Shown here piece after piece: positions 10,204-21,771 of a stretch of DNA of 64,000 nt (within the stretch, counting starts at the first letter, position 1; the number at the start of each line of letters is the position of its first letter). The notes under the pieces are model-generated. The model searched no databases, was not told the origin of the DNA, and saw nothing but the letters and a program-made list of their open reading frames with translations. A program made the translations under genes and the position numbers. Source of the stretch: Fistulifera solaris. Taxonomy: Eukaryota. The stretch lies in assembly GCA_030295235.1 (NCBI GenBank), contig AP026125.1, forward strand, positions 186,001 through 250,000. Direction: 5' to 3'.

Positions 10204-12573
10204 ATGAGTATGGGCGACACCGACGACGGAACATTAAGCGTTGAGGGTGATTTGAATGTTGAAGCGTCAAATATCGTCAATGACTTTCAGGAAGCTGACA
10301 ATGCTCCCCAATCGTTTGATTTGCTCGATCTTGACGGACATTTTGAGTCAGTTGCCGAGCCACAAATCCATTTTAACGGCGATACAACTCATGTTGACTT
10401 ATTGAATGAGGTCAATCCCCTTGATGCTGAGATACAGCCGCCACAGGATAACGACGACCCATTTGGCTTGGCCTTGCCTCATTCAACCGATAACTTGACG
10501 GAACCTCCATCACTACTCGACGTCCAGCCTGTTGAGCCCGATCTCTTAGGAACACAAGAATCGGAGCAAGTAAACACAGAAGATAATGAATTGATGAAGA
10601 CGTCGGAAGCCGAAAACTCTAATCAGCCGTTAATTCACGAACCAAACGGAAATGATACGGCAGAATTTGAAAATACACTGATAGCTTCAGCAGACACTAG
10701 CCCAACTCCACTTGACGGCGAGCAAAGCGACGAAAGCTCGCCAGCAAAATCACAGTCCCCCGTCGATTTGCACGTTGAAGGAAATTGTCATGCAGATGCG
10801 CCAGCAGAATCTGCCGTACCAATCAATTATTCAGACACGAACGGCGACACAGCAGAGGAATCGACGCCCAAAGAACCCTTAACGAGTGCGGACATCAAAG
10901 TGGAGCAGCTACAGCGCGAGTTAGCCGATGCAAAAGCAGTGATTGATTTGTTAAAGAGTCAACAGAATGACGCTCTTGTACAAGAACTGCAAAGTAAGTT
11001 AGAGGAGCAGATGAGCCTCAAGGCAGAGGCAGAAAACCAAGCTCGTCTGTGCACCAAAGAAGTCACTGATCTTAAGGCAATGTATGATAAAATGGCTGCC
11101 GAAATCCAGGACTTCCAAGAAGTCAGAGCAAATGTTGAGCAACAAATGAGCGCTAAAGCTGAAGCAGAGAACGAGGCTCGCATCGCCAAAAAACGAGGAG
11201 CGGCCTTGGAATGCGAACGCGACGAGCTCCAGCAACGCTTAAACGAACTTGAAAGCTCTAGAGAACAAGAGAGCAGTGCAGCGAGTGAAGCTGAAAGCAC
11301 TGCAAAGCTTGCGTTCGACCGAATTGAGCAGCTCGAGAAAGATTTGACAGATCGCGATGGAAGGGTTGACGCTTTGGAGGAGCAGCTCACGCAAGCATGC
11401 CAAGAGGTTGAATCGCAGCGCCATGAGCTTCGCAAGTTGCGCGAGGAGCGTGAAGAACTGCTGAGGAAAGAGGTGTCTTTGACTAGCCGTCTTAACGCTG
11501 CAAAGATGAAAGAGTCGGATAAGTCAAATCTAGCAGAGCAATTCGAGAGTGAGATGAAAGCAATTGAAGACGAATTGAAATCAACAAAATCAGCGTTGGT
11601 AGAAATGATTACTTCGAAGCAGAAATTGGAGCAGCAAGTGGAAGCACTGAAAGCCTCTTCCACTGAACGTGTAAATCACGCGGAGCATGCTTTGGCAGAA
11701 GAACGTCGTCTCAACGAAGAGCGGAAGAAGAAAATGAAAACTTTTGTCGAAAACAAGGCCGAGGAGCTTCGTCAAGCGAAAGAGGAAAACGATGCGCTTC
11801 AGCTTGAAGTTAGCCAAGCGAATAGTTCCCTCTTAGAACTCAACAACAGATGGAAACAGGTACAAGCCCAATACGTCCAGTCTCAAAGTCGGAATCGAGA
11901 ACTACAAATGGATTTAAATCGAATCAAGAAAGATTCCGAAAATCTCCATAAAGTAGGTGACACGCTTGAAATGAAGCTTTCTAAATCGGCCACCGAGACT
12001 GAAGAACACAAAAACAAGCGTTTGGCTGCGAAGCATGAGCTTATGACCGTATTGCGTAGTCTAGAGAACGAAAAGAAGCTAACAGCAAGGCTACGGGATA
12101 CCATCAAATTTACGTTTACCCCTAAGGCACTAAGTCAGCAAAAACTGTTGCAAGAGAGCCTGGACGATTTCGAATCGCAACTTCAAAAGCTCGCTCAACG
12201 GCTAGGCAAACCAATACCTCCGTCAACAGCTAGTGCTTTAGACACGTCCGAAACAGAATCAGGCAACGACAACGACAACGATACGAGTTCCGATACAGAC
12301 ATTGAACGCCTGATTGCAAAGCTGGAACGAGAAACTCAGGCTGTAAGCCAATGCATCATGGAGCTTTCAGGGAACCTAGAAAGAATGCACCTGGTATTAG
12401 ATTCCAATGGGGACAGAACATGTGTCTCGGTAATAGCTGAACTATTACTGACGGGAGGGAATATGACAAGCCCAGCTGCGCTTCAACCAGAAGGAAATAT
12501 CATAGGTGGGCAGACACGGTTAGGAAGTCGTCACCGATATGGATCTGTTCCTTTGTCAAATGCACATAACTAG
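10204..12573 (+). CDS. Long coiled-coil protein with acidic disordered N-terminus
   Basis: About 790-aa ORF with an extended E/K/Q/L-rich heptad region. Confidence 0.85.
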   Translation: MSMGDTDDGTLSVEGDLNVEASNIVNDFQEADNAPQSFDLLDLDGHFESVAEPQIHFNGDTTHVDLLNEVNPLDAEIQPPQDNDDPFGLALPHSTDNLTEPPSLLDVQPVEPDLLGTQESEQVNTEDNELMKTSEAENSNQPLIHEPNGNDTAEFENTLIASADTSPTPLDGEQSDESSPAKSQSPVDLHVEGNCHADAPAESAVPINYSDTNGDTAEESTPKEPLTSADIKVEQLQRELADAKAVIDLLKSQQNDALVQELQSKLEEQMSLKAEAENQARLCTKEVTDLKAMYDKMAAEIQDFQEVRANVEQQMSAKAEAENEARIAKKRGAALECERDELQQRLNELESSREQESSAASEAESTAKLAFDRIEQLEKDLTDRDGRVDALEEQLTQACQEVESQRHELRKLREEREELLRKEVSLTSRLNAAKMKESDKSNLAEQFESEMKAIEDELKSTKSALVEMITSKQKLEQQVEALKASSTERVNHAEHALAEERRLNEERKKKMKTFVENKAEELRQAKEENDALQLEVSQANSSLLELNNRWKQVQAQYVQSQSRNRELQMDLNRIKKDSENLHKVGDTLEMKLSKSATETEEHKNKRLAAKHELMTVLRSLENEKKLTARLRDTIKFTFTPKALSQQKLLQESLDDFESQLQKLAQRLGKPIPPSTASALDTSETESGNDNDNDTSSDTDIERLIAKLERETQAVSQCIMELSGNLERMHLVLDSNGDRTCVSVIAELLLTGGNMTSPAALQPEGNIIGGQTRLGSRHRYGSVPLSNAHN

Positions 12574-12788
12574 TTTTGTAATTGTTATTAGGTGTTGGCG
12601 ATTTCACAATGTCTCCATAGGTTCACGGAGAGTTACGGTAGTAAATTCTTGGAGGACGTAGCCATTTCAAGAAAGCTCTGTTCACTGTTACTTGGGTTGA
12701 CAACGTTCTTCCAATTCTTTGAATTGGTAAAATATTCTCAAGCAACAAAATAGTCGAAACCAAGTAGCCGTGTGCGCAACCTTCATTG

Positions 12789-13759
12789 TCAGCATGCCGA
12801 CGTAGCTCTTTGGAGGCAGGACATCCACTCATCTCGACTGTATATATCGTCACTGGCGAGGTGCCAAACTAGTCTTCCACCAAGCGTTTCGACTGTCCAG
12901 GCAAACTTCTCGCCGACGCTAATAACGGTGTGCGTCTGTTTGAGGTCAGTCAAAGCTAAGCGGTGCTTTTTATTTGCACTGTTCTGTTTCCTTGAGTTAT
13001 TATCATCGTAATGATGGAGGATGTTAGACGCCAAGACAAAGTAACGGCGATTCCAGTAAAGTCTGCCGCGCGAGGATACCTCTTGTTTCCACAAATAGCC
13101 TGCTTTCTGCATACACACAGGATTCATTTTGATAATTGTATCACTACTCACCGCCTGTAAATTGTTTTCTTTCCCTTCCAGCCCCAATCGGGCTACTTCG
13201 TAGGCTATGTGCGCGGTAAGCCCCGTAATTTTAAAGATTTTTCGACTGCCTTTCGGTGTAAACTGATACTCTCGCAAGCAAAAGTCTTCTCCAGACCATT
13301 TGACTTGATAACGTGAAATGGGGATTTCAAGAAAAGATCCAGAGGTACAGCAAAAACTGCTTGTACCTCGGATACATTAATCGTGCAGTTTCCCACATCG
13401 AACGAGCCATCAGCCCATGCAACAACGGGTGTAACACATAAATGATGTAGCGATTCAATTGCTCGCAAACAAGCCAAGGGCGTGACATTCTTGGGCTCGA
13501 GACCGACTTCTTCGTACGCTTCCCTCAATGCCGTTGCAGTGTCATCTGCGTCTTCTTCATCGCGACGCCCTCCTGGAAAACAGCATTCTCCCGGATGTGA
13601 CCGAAGCGTAATAGAGCGTTGTGTTATCAGTGTTTGTACTTCATTTTTATCTTCCCACAACAGCACGAGAACACTTGCGCGTTTCAGAGATCGATGATGT
13701 GCGCATTCTTTCGGTTCCAAGCCGCAAGCCTCCAGCCGTTTCCGACACGCCGAAGACAT
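12789..13759 (-). CDS. Nudix CoA-pyrophosphatase (NUDT7/PCD1-like) fused to a PH domain, one frameshift
   Basis: LITQRSITLRSHPGECCFPGGRRDEED..DTATALREAYEEVGL (UPF0035 motif plus Nudix box), ITGLTA end motif, then KAGYLWKQ...WNRRYFVL...WMSCLQ (PH). One added C at the run 13320-13323 joins the frames. Confidence 0.85.
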
Positions 13760-14848
13760 GAAGAGTAGTAGGCGGACCCAGTTTGACCAAAAACAAAGAA
13801 GAAACGCTACGAATATTCGTTCCGCAACTTTTACAAAGCAATGCAGCTTCCGAACAATCGCTACCAGTCAACAAACACTCCGAAAAATAGGCGCTGCTTC
13901 TCCGAAAAATTGGAAAACAGTGCAATCAAAAAAGTTCAAATTATCGAGGTCGTCGTGCGAGACGTACCCGCGTACAGACATCAAATACCTGGTTTTGTAC
14001 TCCGTACTATGTTTGTCGTCGCTGAGATGATGACGTCGAGCCTACCGAAGTCACATCTAAAAAAAATCACCTTCCCCTAAAAGCGTAGCATGTATGACGC
14101 GGACCCCCCTCGCCATGAACGCAGACGCGATTTCACTCCCTTACCAGGTAATCTCTTCCATTGACGGAATGATGGGACAGCAAGCTGCAAGGATTCTACA
14201 GCGGAAGTCGAACGCCCTCAAAGATTTGTGAGTTCATCGGAGCGCGCCCTCTACTAGCACTACCCCTACAGCTAGAGCCTACTCAGCGAAGTGTGAAAAA
14301 ATGAAAACACAAAATGGAGAATTTAGCCGAATGTCAGAATTACATTCTGATTTTACGAAACTGAAATTTGTTTGGACCTTCCCCGACCTGGTAACCTAAG
14401 CTTGTGTCGATAAGTCTAGAAGTACTGATTACAAGCCGTAATGAGCATCTATTTTACCGGGCGCTCAAAACTGTGAGCTCTAAACTAGTCGAAAAGATGG
14501 AATGCTCCTGCATCAAGAAAAAAAAATTCCGTTGAATGTCAAAAATGCATTCGAACTTTAGGAAATTAGGAATAAATATTTAGGATTGTGTTACATGTGG
14601 AAAAAAAAAGAGCTTGTGTCGACAGGCTTGAACTGGATTTGCGCCAGACCTCACTATTTGGTGTGTAGGTCGTAACGTTAATCGCGTTACACACTAGAAC
14701 TGCAACAAAAACAGAACAAACCAAACAAAACATCTTGCATCGTGTAAGCGAAACACCATTTCTATTACGTTTTTGGTTCTGATGCGTGAAATCAAAGAAA
14801 GTAAAAAAGGGGGTCCTTAAAGACTGACAACAATACAGGGAGAATTAA

Positions 14849-14893
14849 AATTGTGTCGTCAACAAAAGGGGACAATTGTGTCGTCAACAAAAG
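14849..14893. repeat. 20-bp direct repeat AATTGTGTCGTCAACAAAAG x2
   Basis: Exact copies at 14849-14868 and 14874-14893. Confidence 0.9.
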
Positions 14894-16439
14894 TGGTAAG
14901 CATGGAGATCATAAGATGAAAAGTCAAAGCGTAAAGGGGACGCAACTGGGGACGCTAGCTGCTACGGAGTATCAGAAATATAGTCGCTAATTATATTAAG
15001 TAAAGAATAGAGAGGAAAAGTAGTGCACTTATATGAGGCATGGAACTTTCACCTGATAGAGAAAGGCCCACTAACCACCCCGTTTAACCAGAGGCTTATA
15101 GGCATACGCAACTACAGCCCAAAGTGCTTGTGTCCTCGCACATTACTTACTCACTAGGAGCAAGCAGAAACGTGAATTTTAAGGCGACCACCATCAAAAA
15201 ACAAACCTGCTTGGAGGCATCATCCTACCAATTTTCACTTAATGAATTCATACAACCTCTTTCCTTGTTTCCGTCCGTTCAGTTTACAAGCGATTTCAAC
15301 GTCTTAGACCAGCTCTCAGAGACAATAAGCCGATATTTTCAATCACTATACAGACAAAATTAAAAGATAACTTCATGTAATATGGTTCCAACGAGAAATT
15401 TTTTAAACTGTTACCTGCAAGCGGCATCCGATAAAACAAACAATGGTTCGTTTTTTAAGGGGGTCGATAGGCACCAACCCCTTTGTGAGAATCGCAAAAT
15501 CGGTGAAAATTACATAAAAAACTAATACTATTTTCGATGGAAGTAAAGAAAGAAAAATCGATCAACATCTTATCTCTGAACAATCAATGTACGCGAAGTA
15601 TGTAAGATATGCGATTACCATCGTTTGAATGCAGGAAATAGATCAAATGGAAACTGCATCAACTACGATAAGCAATATTGTTCAATGATTATCGAAGATA
15701 AGAAACATTATTCAATGATTTTCAGAAAACCAAAAAAAAATACGAGAAAAGAGAAGTACAAACAATCGAGACGATAAGCATGTCAACGAAATTGAGGCAC
15801 TAGTCTAAGCAAGAAAACTGATTCAATTTAGTAGTACTAAGGATTGGAATAGTACTAATGGATAAAATGACCGTTCATGGCACTCTTTGATTTGAACACC
15901 TTGTGTTTAAAGCAGCAAAGTTAGTGGTAAGCAGGTAAATGCGATAACACATGATTGTAGGCTAATAGGTTAAACTCAAGGCTGACATTTTATTTTCAAT
16001 GATATTAAATCTATTTGATTTTTCTTAAATGGTTGCATATCCCGAAGTCGAGGTAACGCTTACGGAAGGTCAAAGATATCTGGGCCATATCTAATTTGTT
16101 TGCTTCTTCGTAGTTCAAAAGACGAGGTGAATTGGCGAATATCCCAAGAAGTTACAAACTGAATCAATTAAAAAAGTATGAAATAATGGAAAGAACTTAT
16201 TGCTTGATCAACCTATCATGTATGAAATCTTAAATGCTTGCTGATTTTATTCTATAAATATTTTGATATTGCCGATAAGAAGTTTTTGCATGCACATCCA
16301 ACAATCATTCTTTGTTAATAACAACAAAAACGCGCAAGTTTTGAAAGTATTTACAACTGTCTGCTACTTTGAGCATAAATGTACGAGAAGAAGGTGATGC
16401 ATGAAAACCTAGAAATCCTACTCGAGTAATGAAGAAGTG

Positions 16440-16885
16440 TTTTTTATCTGGTTTTGATGCATGAACAACTTTTTGTTCTTTTGTAACTCCTTTATCATAT
16501 TTTGACGCCGATGTCGGAAGCAACATCCAGATTTAATGTATGTTTGATTTTGACGCCAATGTTGGCAGTCATCCATAACGGTCAGGCAAGTTAAGAAACT
16601 CATGAAGAATTTCCTGCTGCTTTGAGCAAGCAACATTCTTTTCAAATGCTCCAGAAAAAATCGATACATGTACACCTTACAAAAAGATGATGATTGCTTG
16701 TATCATGAACAAGTTCCTTTAATCTGTGGTTTTGATGCGTTTACAAAAACCCTTTTGTTCGTTGTACCTTTTTATTTAGATCTTGACGCCTATGTTAGAA
16801 GTCATCCATTGTAAGTCCAGATTTCATGAATGTTCGATCTTGACTCCAATGTTGGCAGTCATCCAATATCGTCCGGGCAAGTTTG
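16440..16885. repeat. Degenerate tandem duplication, about 290-bp period
   Basis: 26-nt cores at 16550-16575 and 16840-16865 differ by 1 base. A related motif also occurs at 16502 and 16783. Confidence 0.8.
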
Positions 16886-17793
16886 ATATATAAATCATGT
16901 AGGGTCGCTTTATACACTATTCGTTTTTTTTTCTTTAGCAATCCGGTTAATGCTGACAAGTGTTCAGGAACTGTAAGAAAGAAGTCGTTTCTAGAGTTCG
17001 AAATTTTCAATGTGTGTCTTAAACGGTACTTTGATGGACTATTTGAGTTGAAAACGAAAACAAACCAACGAGCCAAACCTTTCTTCGATGTAAATTTATT
17101 TTAGAATTCGACAACATGTGTGGCAATAAAAAAAACAACGAGCCAAGTCGACGCGTCCTTGCTGTAAGGGCTTTTTTAGCTTGATGACTGTATCCGCGCG
17201 CTCACTCGCGGATGGCGTACCCTTTGCTTTGAAGAATGGCCCTAGCTACAGACATTTTTTTCGTTGCACGTCGCCGTGTCGATTGAAATGAATAACAACT
17301 TGATGGTTGACGGTTTCGGGACAGGCAAGCAACACTGCTGCCGCCTCGATCCGTGTCCCTCCAGGGCGGAAACGCCATTTAAGTTCGCCACTGGCTTTTT
17401 GTCCTTTGTCGTTGTCGTGCCCTGGACTTTTCATCCTTGGAACTTGCTTCCCTTCTTGAATCTTTAATTTTCTTTTACGCGGAGGTGACAACGACTGATT
17501 GCGACCGAACAAGCTTGTTCACAGCTTTCGCCAGTTATGAAAATGCTCGCAATAGCTCGCTTGGCAGCAAAGGAATGAATTGCTGCACTTTTTTTGTTTT
17601 CTACGTTAGTATCTACGGAGTACGAGTACTGTATATTCTGTTCGTAGAAGCCTTACTCCATTCACGAATTCGGAGTCACGAGTCATTCTCCGTATAGATG
17701 TACGTGTATGACAACGTGCTTTTACAGTAAAACTCTTTATCAACGAAAAATGGTTGCAACATTATCATTATTTTAAAAACATTCTTCTACTAC

Positions 17794-19164
17794 ATGACAA
17801 AGCCGCGATATTGGTGGTTCCTGCTGCTTGCGGCGGTCCTCGCACTGGCCTACAAACATCCCCATTGCGATCGTGCGCACCGGTCTCAATTTCAATTTCC
17901 AGATTGTTACATTCCTGCACAGGCGGACTCTATTCTGTTCCATGAAGCATCATTTTTGATGAGCCATGATGCTGCAACGGGATATATTCGTCCGGGCGAT
18001 CGCTCCAAACAAGGACTAGCGTGGTCTTACGCCAAAAATCAAGTTGGGTCGGTATATCAGCAACTCAATGATGGCGCACGCGCTCTGGATCTTCGACCGA
18101 AGTTACTTGGCAATGGCACAATCATCTTTCAGCATGGTTCACTGATCAATATACCCGTTACTTTCGAGCAGGTGGTATCAGAGGCGGTTCAGTGGTGCGG
18201 CGAGAGCAATAACAAAGATGAGCTGGTATTACTTTTGCCGAGCAATTTCTTGTACCAGTATGACTCCTCCTCGTCGTCCGAATCATCATCAGTTGCGACA
18301 ACAATGTACTCTGCAATGAAAAATGTTTACAACAAGTTTGGAGTCACTTATCTCCATTGCAACGAGGTGTACGGTCTGACATTAGGGCAAGTTAAGGAAT
18401 TATCCCTTCTAGCTTCTGGGGGCTATCTGCTGGCGCTGGATGGACAGGATTATGGCGGTACGTTCTGCGGAAAATCCAATTGGATAAAAGATCAAATAGT
18501 CACATGCTGGGGAAGTTCCTCAAATTCGTCGAGAGGGAGATCTTGCCGAACTTCTCAGGCGCCACTGCAAGATTTATTCGCCTATGTTCTTGCAAGTTCC
18601 AACAATCCTTCAACGAATGACGTGAACACTCTTGGTCCACCGATTGATCGTTATAATTATCCCCTGAACGAGATTCAAGCTCTTTGGCAGGTAGACACTC
18701 GCTCTGCTGCTATAGGCCTCGCTTATTTCTCATCAATATTAGAAGACAATCGACAATCTCAGGTCAATCGACACATGGTGGAGTTGATTTACAGTGGTCA
18801 ATTTGAAGTTCCAATCTCCATTTTTGCCGTGGACAATGTCGTACTAAATGGTAATGCACTCTTATCAGTATTACGAACGGCTTGTGGTCAGTCGGATCTT
18901 GACGTTTGTGGCTCAAAGATAGAAGCTCCTCGTATCACTTATGTGCATTTGTCGACACGTCAACTTGTGCGTCTTTGCTTATCCGTTTATCTGGTTTGGT
19001 TTGTGATTTGGCTAGGATTGAAACTCAAAAATTCTCGTTTACAGAGAACGTTTGTATCAAAGTTTCAGCGGCAACACAGGGACGTTAGTTATCGCGAACA
19101 AAGTCATGAGAATCCTAAGACTCCCACACTGTCATGGAGGTCTTCGAGCGGCCTCTTGACATAA
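17794..19164 (+). CDS. PI-PLC X-domain (PLC-like phosphodiesterase), secreted or membrane anchored
   Basis: Signal peptide; FLMSHDAATGY, NQ..SVYQQLNDGARALDLRP and FQHG motifs; C-terminal TM helix. Confidence 0.85.
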   Translation: MTKPRYWWFLLLAAVLALAYKHPHCDRAHRSQFQFPDCYIPAQADSILFHEASFLMSHDAATGYIRPGDRSKQGLAWSYAKNQVGSVYQQLNDGARALDLRPKLLGNGTIIFQHGSLINIPVTFEQVVSEAVQWCGESNNKDELVLLLPSNFLYQYDSSSSSESSSVATTMYSAMKNVYNKFGVTYLHCNEVYGLTLGQVKELSLLASGGYLLALDGQDYGGTFCGKSNWIKDQIVTCWGSSSNSSRGRSCRTSQAPLQDLFAYVLASSNNPSTNDVNTLGPPIDRYNYPLNEIQALWQVDTRSAAIGLAYFSSILEDNRQSQVNRHMVELIYSGQFEVPISIFAVDNVVLNGNALLSVLRTACGQSDLDVCGSKIEAPRITYVHLSTRQLVRLCLSVYLVWFVIWLGLKLKNSRLQRTFVSKFQRQHRDVSYREQSHENPKTPTLSWRSSSGLLT

Positions 19165-19328
19165 TATTCAAGAGGTGCATAGCGATTCGTTTATCGGACA
19201 CAAATCGCAAGGGTTAAAAAGATAAATTTCTATAAATGTATTATCGATTGAAGCTTAAGCTGTCGCCATCTCGATCTCATGAAATGTCGACAATGCATCC
19301 ATAACATTTATGGTCGAACTCCAGCTAT

Positions 19329-19973
19329 TCACAACGGCTTTGAGACGCTGATAATAGCGTGGGTCGTAAAATTGCCCTTGTCCATGATAACATAATCACC
19401 TCCTCTAGCCTTAACAGCGGCATTGATCTCCTTCGTGTGAAGTTTCTTGTTGATTTTGTGCGAGACCTTGGTCCACGGGCCCAACGGGACTTGTTGAAAG
19501 GTAGGGTCATCGACTTCCCAAAATGGTTCTGTGCCGTTCTGATAGCCGCGATAACTCGGATAGAGCAAGCAAAGACCGGCATTGTCTGAGAAAATGTAAG
19601 CATCATCGTAGACGTCGAAGGAATAGGGAAGGTTTTCTTTCGCCGGTCCAATGTTAAAAGCTAGCATCCCGTAACCACACGGAATTGTAAACTCGCGACG
19701 ATAATAACGGCCATCCCCGGTGTCTTCTGTCAGATACTCAACAGTACCGTGATGAAGCTTTTTTAGGATGAGGCGGATGGATTTTCTTTGCAGAGGGACC
19801 AAGTGCAGTCTGATAGGCGAGTGGCTACATGAACATGATAGTAGAGAAATGGCCAGGGCTGCAGTAACAACAGTCAAGAGAAGCAAACGTCCAACGCGAA
19901 TCGTTTTCGTTAAAGAGCTCGGAGGCTCGTTCTGCCGCGGTTGCTTCAAGGGGAGAAAAGATTCGTCGCTCAT
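19329..19973 (-). CDS. Hypothetical single-pass membrane protein
   Basis: 214-aa ORF with an N-terminal TM segment and a globular-looking C-terminus. Confidence 0.65.
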   Translation of the reverse strand: MSDESFLPLKQPRQNEPPSSLTKTIRVGRLLLLTVVTAALAISLLSCSCSHSPIRLHLVPLQRKSIRLILKKLHHGTVEYLTEDTGDGRYYRREFTIPCGYGMLAFNIGPAKENLPYSFDVYDDAYIFSDNAGLCLLYPSYRGYQNGTEPFWEVDDPTFQQVPLGPWTKVSHKINKKLHTKEINAAVKARGGDYVIMDKGNFTTHAIISVSKPL

Positions 19974-20521
19974 GATTTTTATTTCCAATTAACGGTGGTG
20001 AATTCTGCATGAAAAGATATTTCCCTGATAATGATTCGTGCGCTGTATTGCAATGCTTTTAACCTCGCAAGAGAACGATAACTTTTCTTTAACTCTCACC
20101 TCATAATTTTGTAACGGACCGCAGTCTTTCAATTTTGGTGTCAGAAAGTCCTTCGCAACGGACGCGCAAGCGATGAGAGAGAGGTGCGCTCTTCTGTCTT
20201 TTCTGTCAGATACCTGGGGTACCGGTAGGAGATAAGATCTAGTTTCATTTTTAACTGTTAGTGGAAATGCCGGTACGGTACACAAAAAATCTAATCGTGT
20301 ATCAAGTCGTACGTCAACTATGTCTATAACGTACTTGTACAGTATTAGTTTCAAAGTACATTTTAGCCTTTGTTCTCTTACTTTAAGGTTATCTCGTTGA
20401 GTAATTTCCAATACGCCAAGCTGTGCTCTTCAGAAACGAATATTGATCTTACGAGACTTCATGCATAACACCAAGGCCATTTTGCATCCGAAGAGGTTGG
20501 ATATTACTAATCGGTTAAAAC

Positions 20522-21771
20522 CTAAGATCCATCTTGGAGAGAACGTCGAATGGCTTCAGCAATCATTTCTTCTTCCGTCATTTGCTCATCAGACGCTCCT
20601 TGCTGCTGGTCGGCGGCAGTGCTATTACGTGCGTTGTTTGAAATAAAATTGTTAAAGGAAGGCGGCATGCCACCAAAGCCGCCACCACTCGCAAATTCCG
20701 CTGCTCTTTGTTGCATTTGCTGCCGCATAGCAGGATCCTGCATCGCCTGACTGACTTGCCGCAAGAGTGCCGGGTTGTTCAACATTTGTTCCATGTACGG
20801 ACTATCTCTCAAGCGTGGATCGTTTCGAATCATGTTCTGAACCATAGGATCCTGTAGGTATGTAATCAGTTAGAGCAAAGTCAAGCGGATAATTTGGACA
20901 CCATTCAACGTACCTGCAACATGCCTTGCAATGCGACAGGATTTGACATAAAATCAGAAGGTATCTGATCAAAATTAAAGGGCATGTTCGAACTAGACCC
21001 AATGGTCGGAGGAACTGGGGGAGGTGCCGGTGCCGCTGATATAGCCTGCGCCTGACGAACCACTGCCTGTAAGATGCCATGAGTTGCAACTAATTTTGGC
21101 CACGCTTCTGCACTCGCTTGCAGAGCATAATATTCAACTCCCTCTCTGATTTCTACAATGAACCCGGCTGCTTTCATGAGCTCATCTCCGCCTCTTTTTC
21201 CTCCTAGTTTTCGTTGAAATGCAGCGTTGGACTTTTTCAAGGAGCGATACTTTTCTTCCATGGGTTGTGTTACAATGTTGGACAGAATCTTTTCTAAAGT
21301 TTGAACCGCGGTCAAATAATCTGCCTGGGATAGTCCGGCACGTAGCGTTGCTAAGGCGGCTTGAAGAGGATCAGCCGTCGGCGCGGGGGCTGATACAGAC
21401 GCCGATGGGAATGCATTAAAGGAAAGTCTACTAGCTGGTTGCGCCGCTGATGCAGAAGCTAAGTTATTATTTGTGGTCGCTGCTTGGCTCGATACTCCGC
21501 CCTCTGCACTAGACGCTGCGGGCGCCGGTTTGCCCATGCAGTGAAGAACGCTACCGTCTTCTAGTTTGAATTCAGAAACAGCAAGCTGCGTGTCGTTGTT
21601 CGATATGAGGCGTCCTCTGAAGATGAGTTTCAGCGATTCAATAGGGATTTTTGTGGCTTCCGCGGCTTGTTGTCGAAGCTGCGTTGATGTAACTGATGGC
21701 TCTATCGTGAGAGGAACTTTAGGTGCGCCATCAGCACCTGTAATGGTTAAGTGAACTGTTAAGGTTGACAT
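20522..21771 (-). CDS. UBL-PUB-STI1-UIM domain protein
   Basis: UBL (LKLIFRGR...LEDGSVLH), PUB (LEKILSNIVTQPMEEKYRSL..SN.AF...LMKAAGF), STI1-like repeats (FMSNP, MLNNP, MQDP) and UIM (TEEEMIAEAIRRSL). Intron 20852-20913. Confidence 0.9.

Noticed and set aside
10959..11663. Long antisense ORFs (also 651..1220, 45534..46064 and others)
   Set aside because: Shadow frames opposite well-supported genes.
14672..14697. Helitron 3' end (GTAACG hairpin followed by CTAG)
   Set aside because: Stem is short, spacing is atypical, and there is no matching 5' end or Rep/helicase remnant.
14849..14893. CRISPR-like repeat
   Set aside because: Only two copies with a 5-nt spacer, in a eukaryotic context with no cas genes.
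17192..17244. Hairpin ATCCGCG...CGCGGAT with downstream CTAG
   Set aside because: Too far from the CTAG for a Helitron terminus, with no other support.
17246..17512. 88-aa minus-strand ORF next to the low-GC block
   Set aside because: Non-ATG start and no recognisable motif; cannot be supported.
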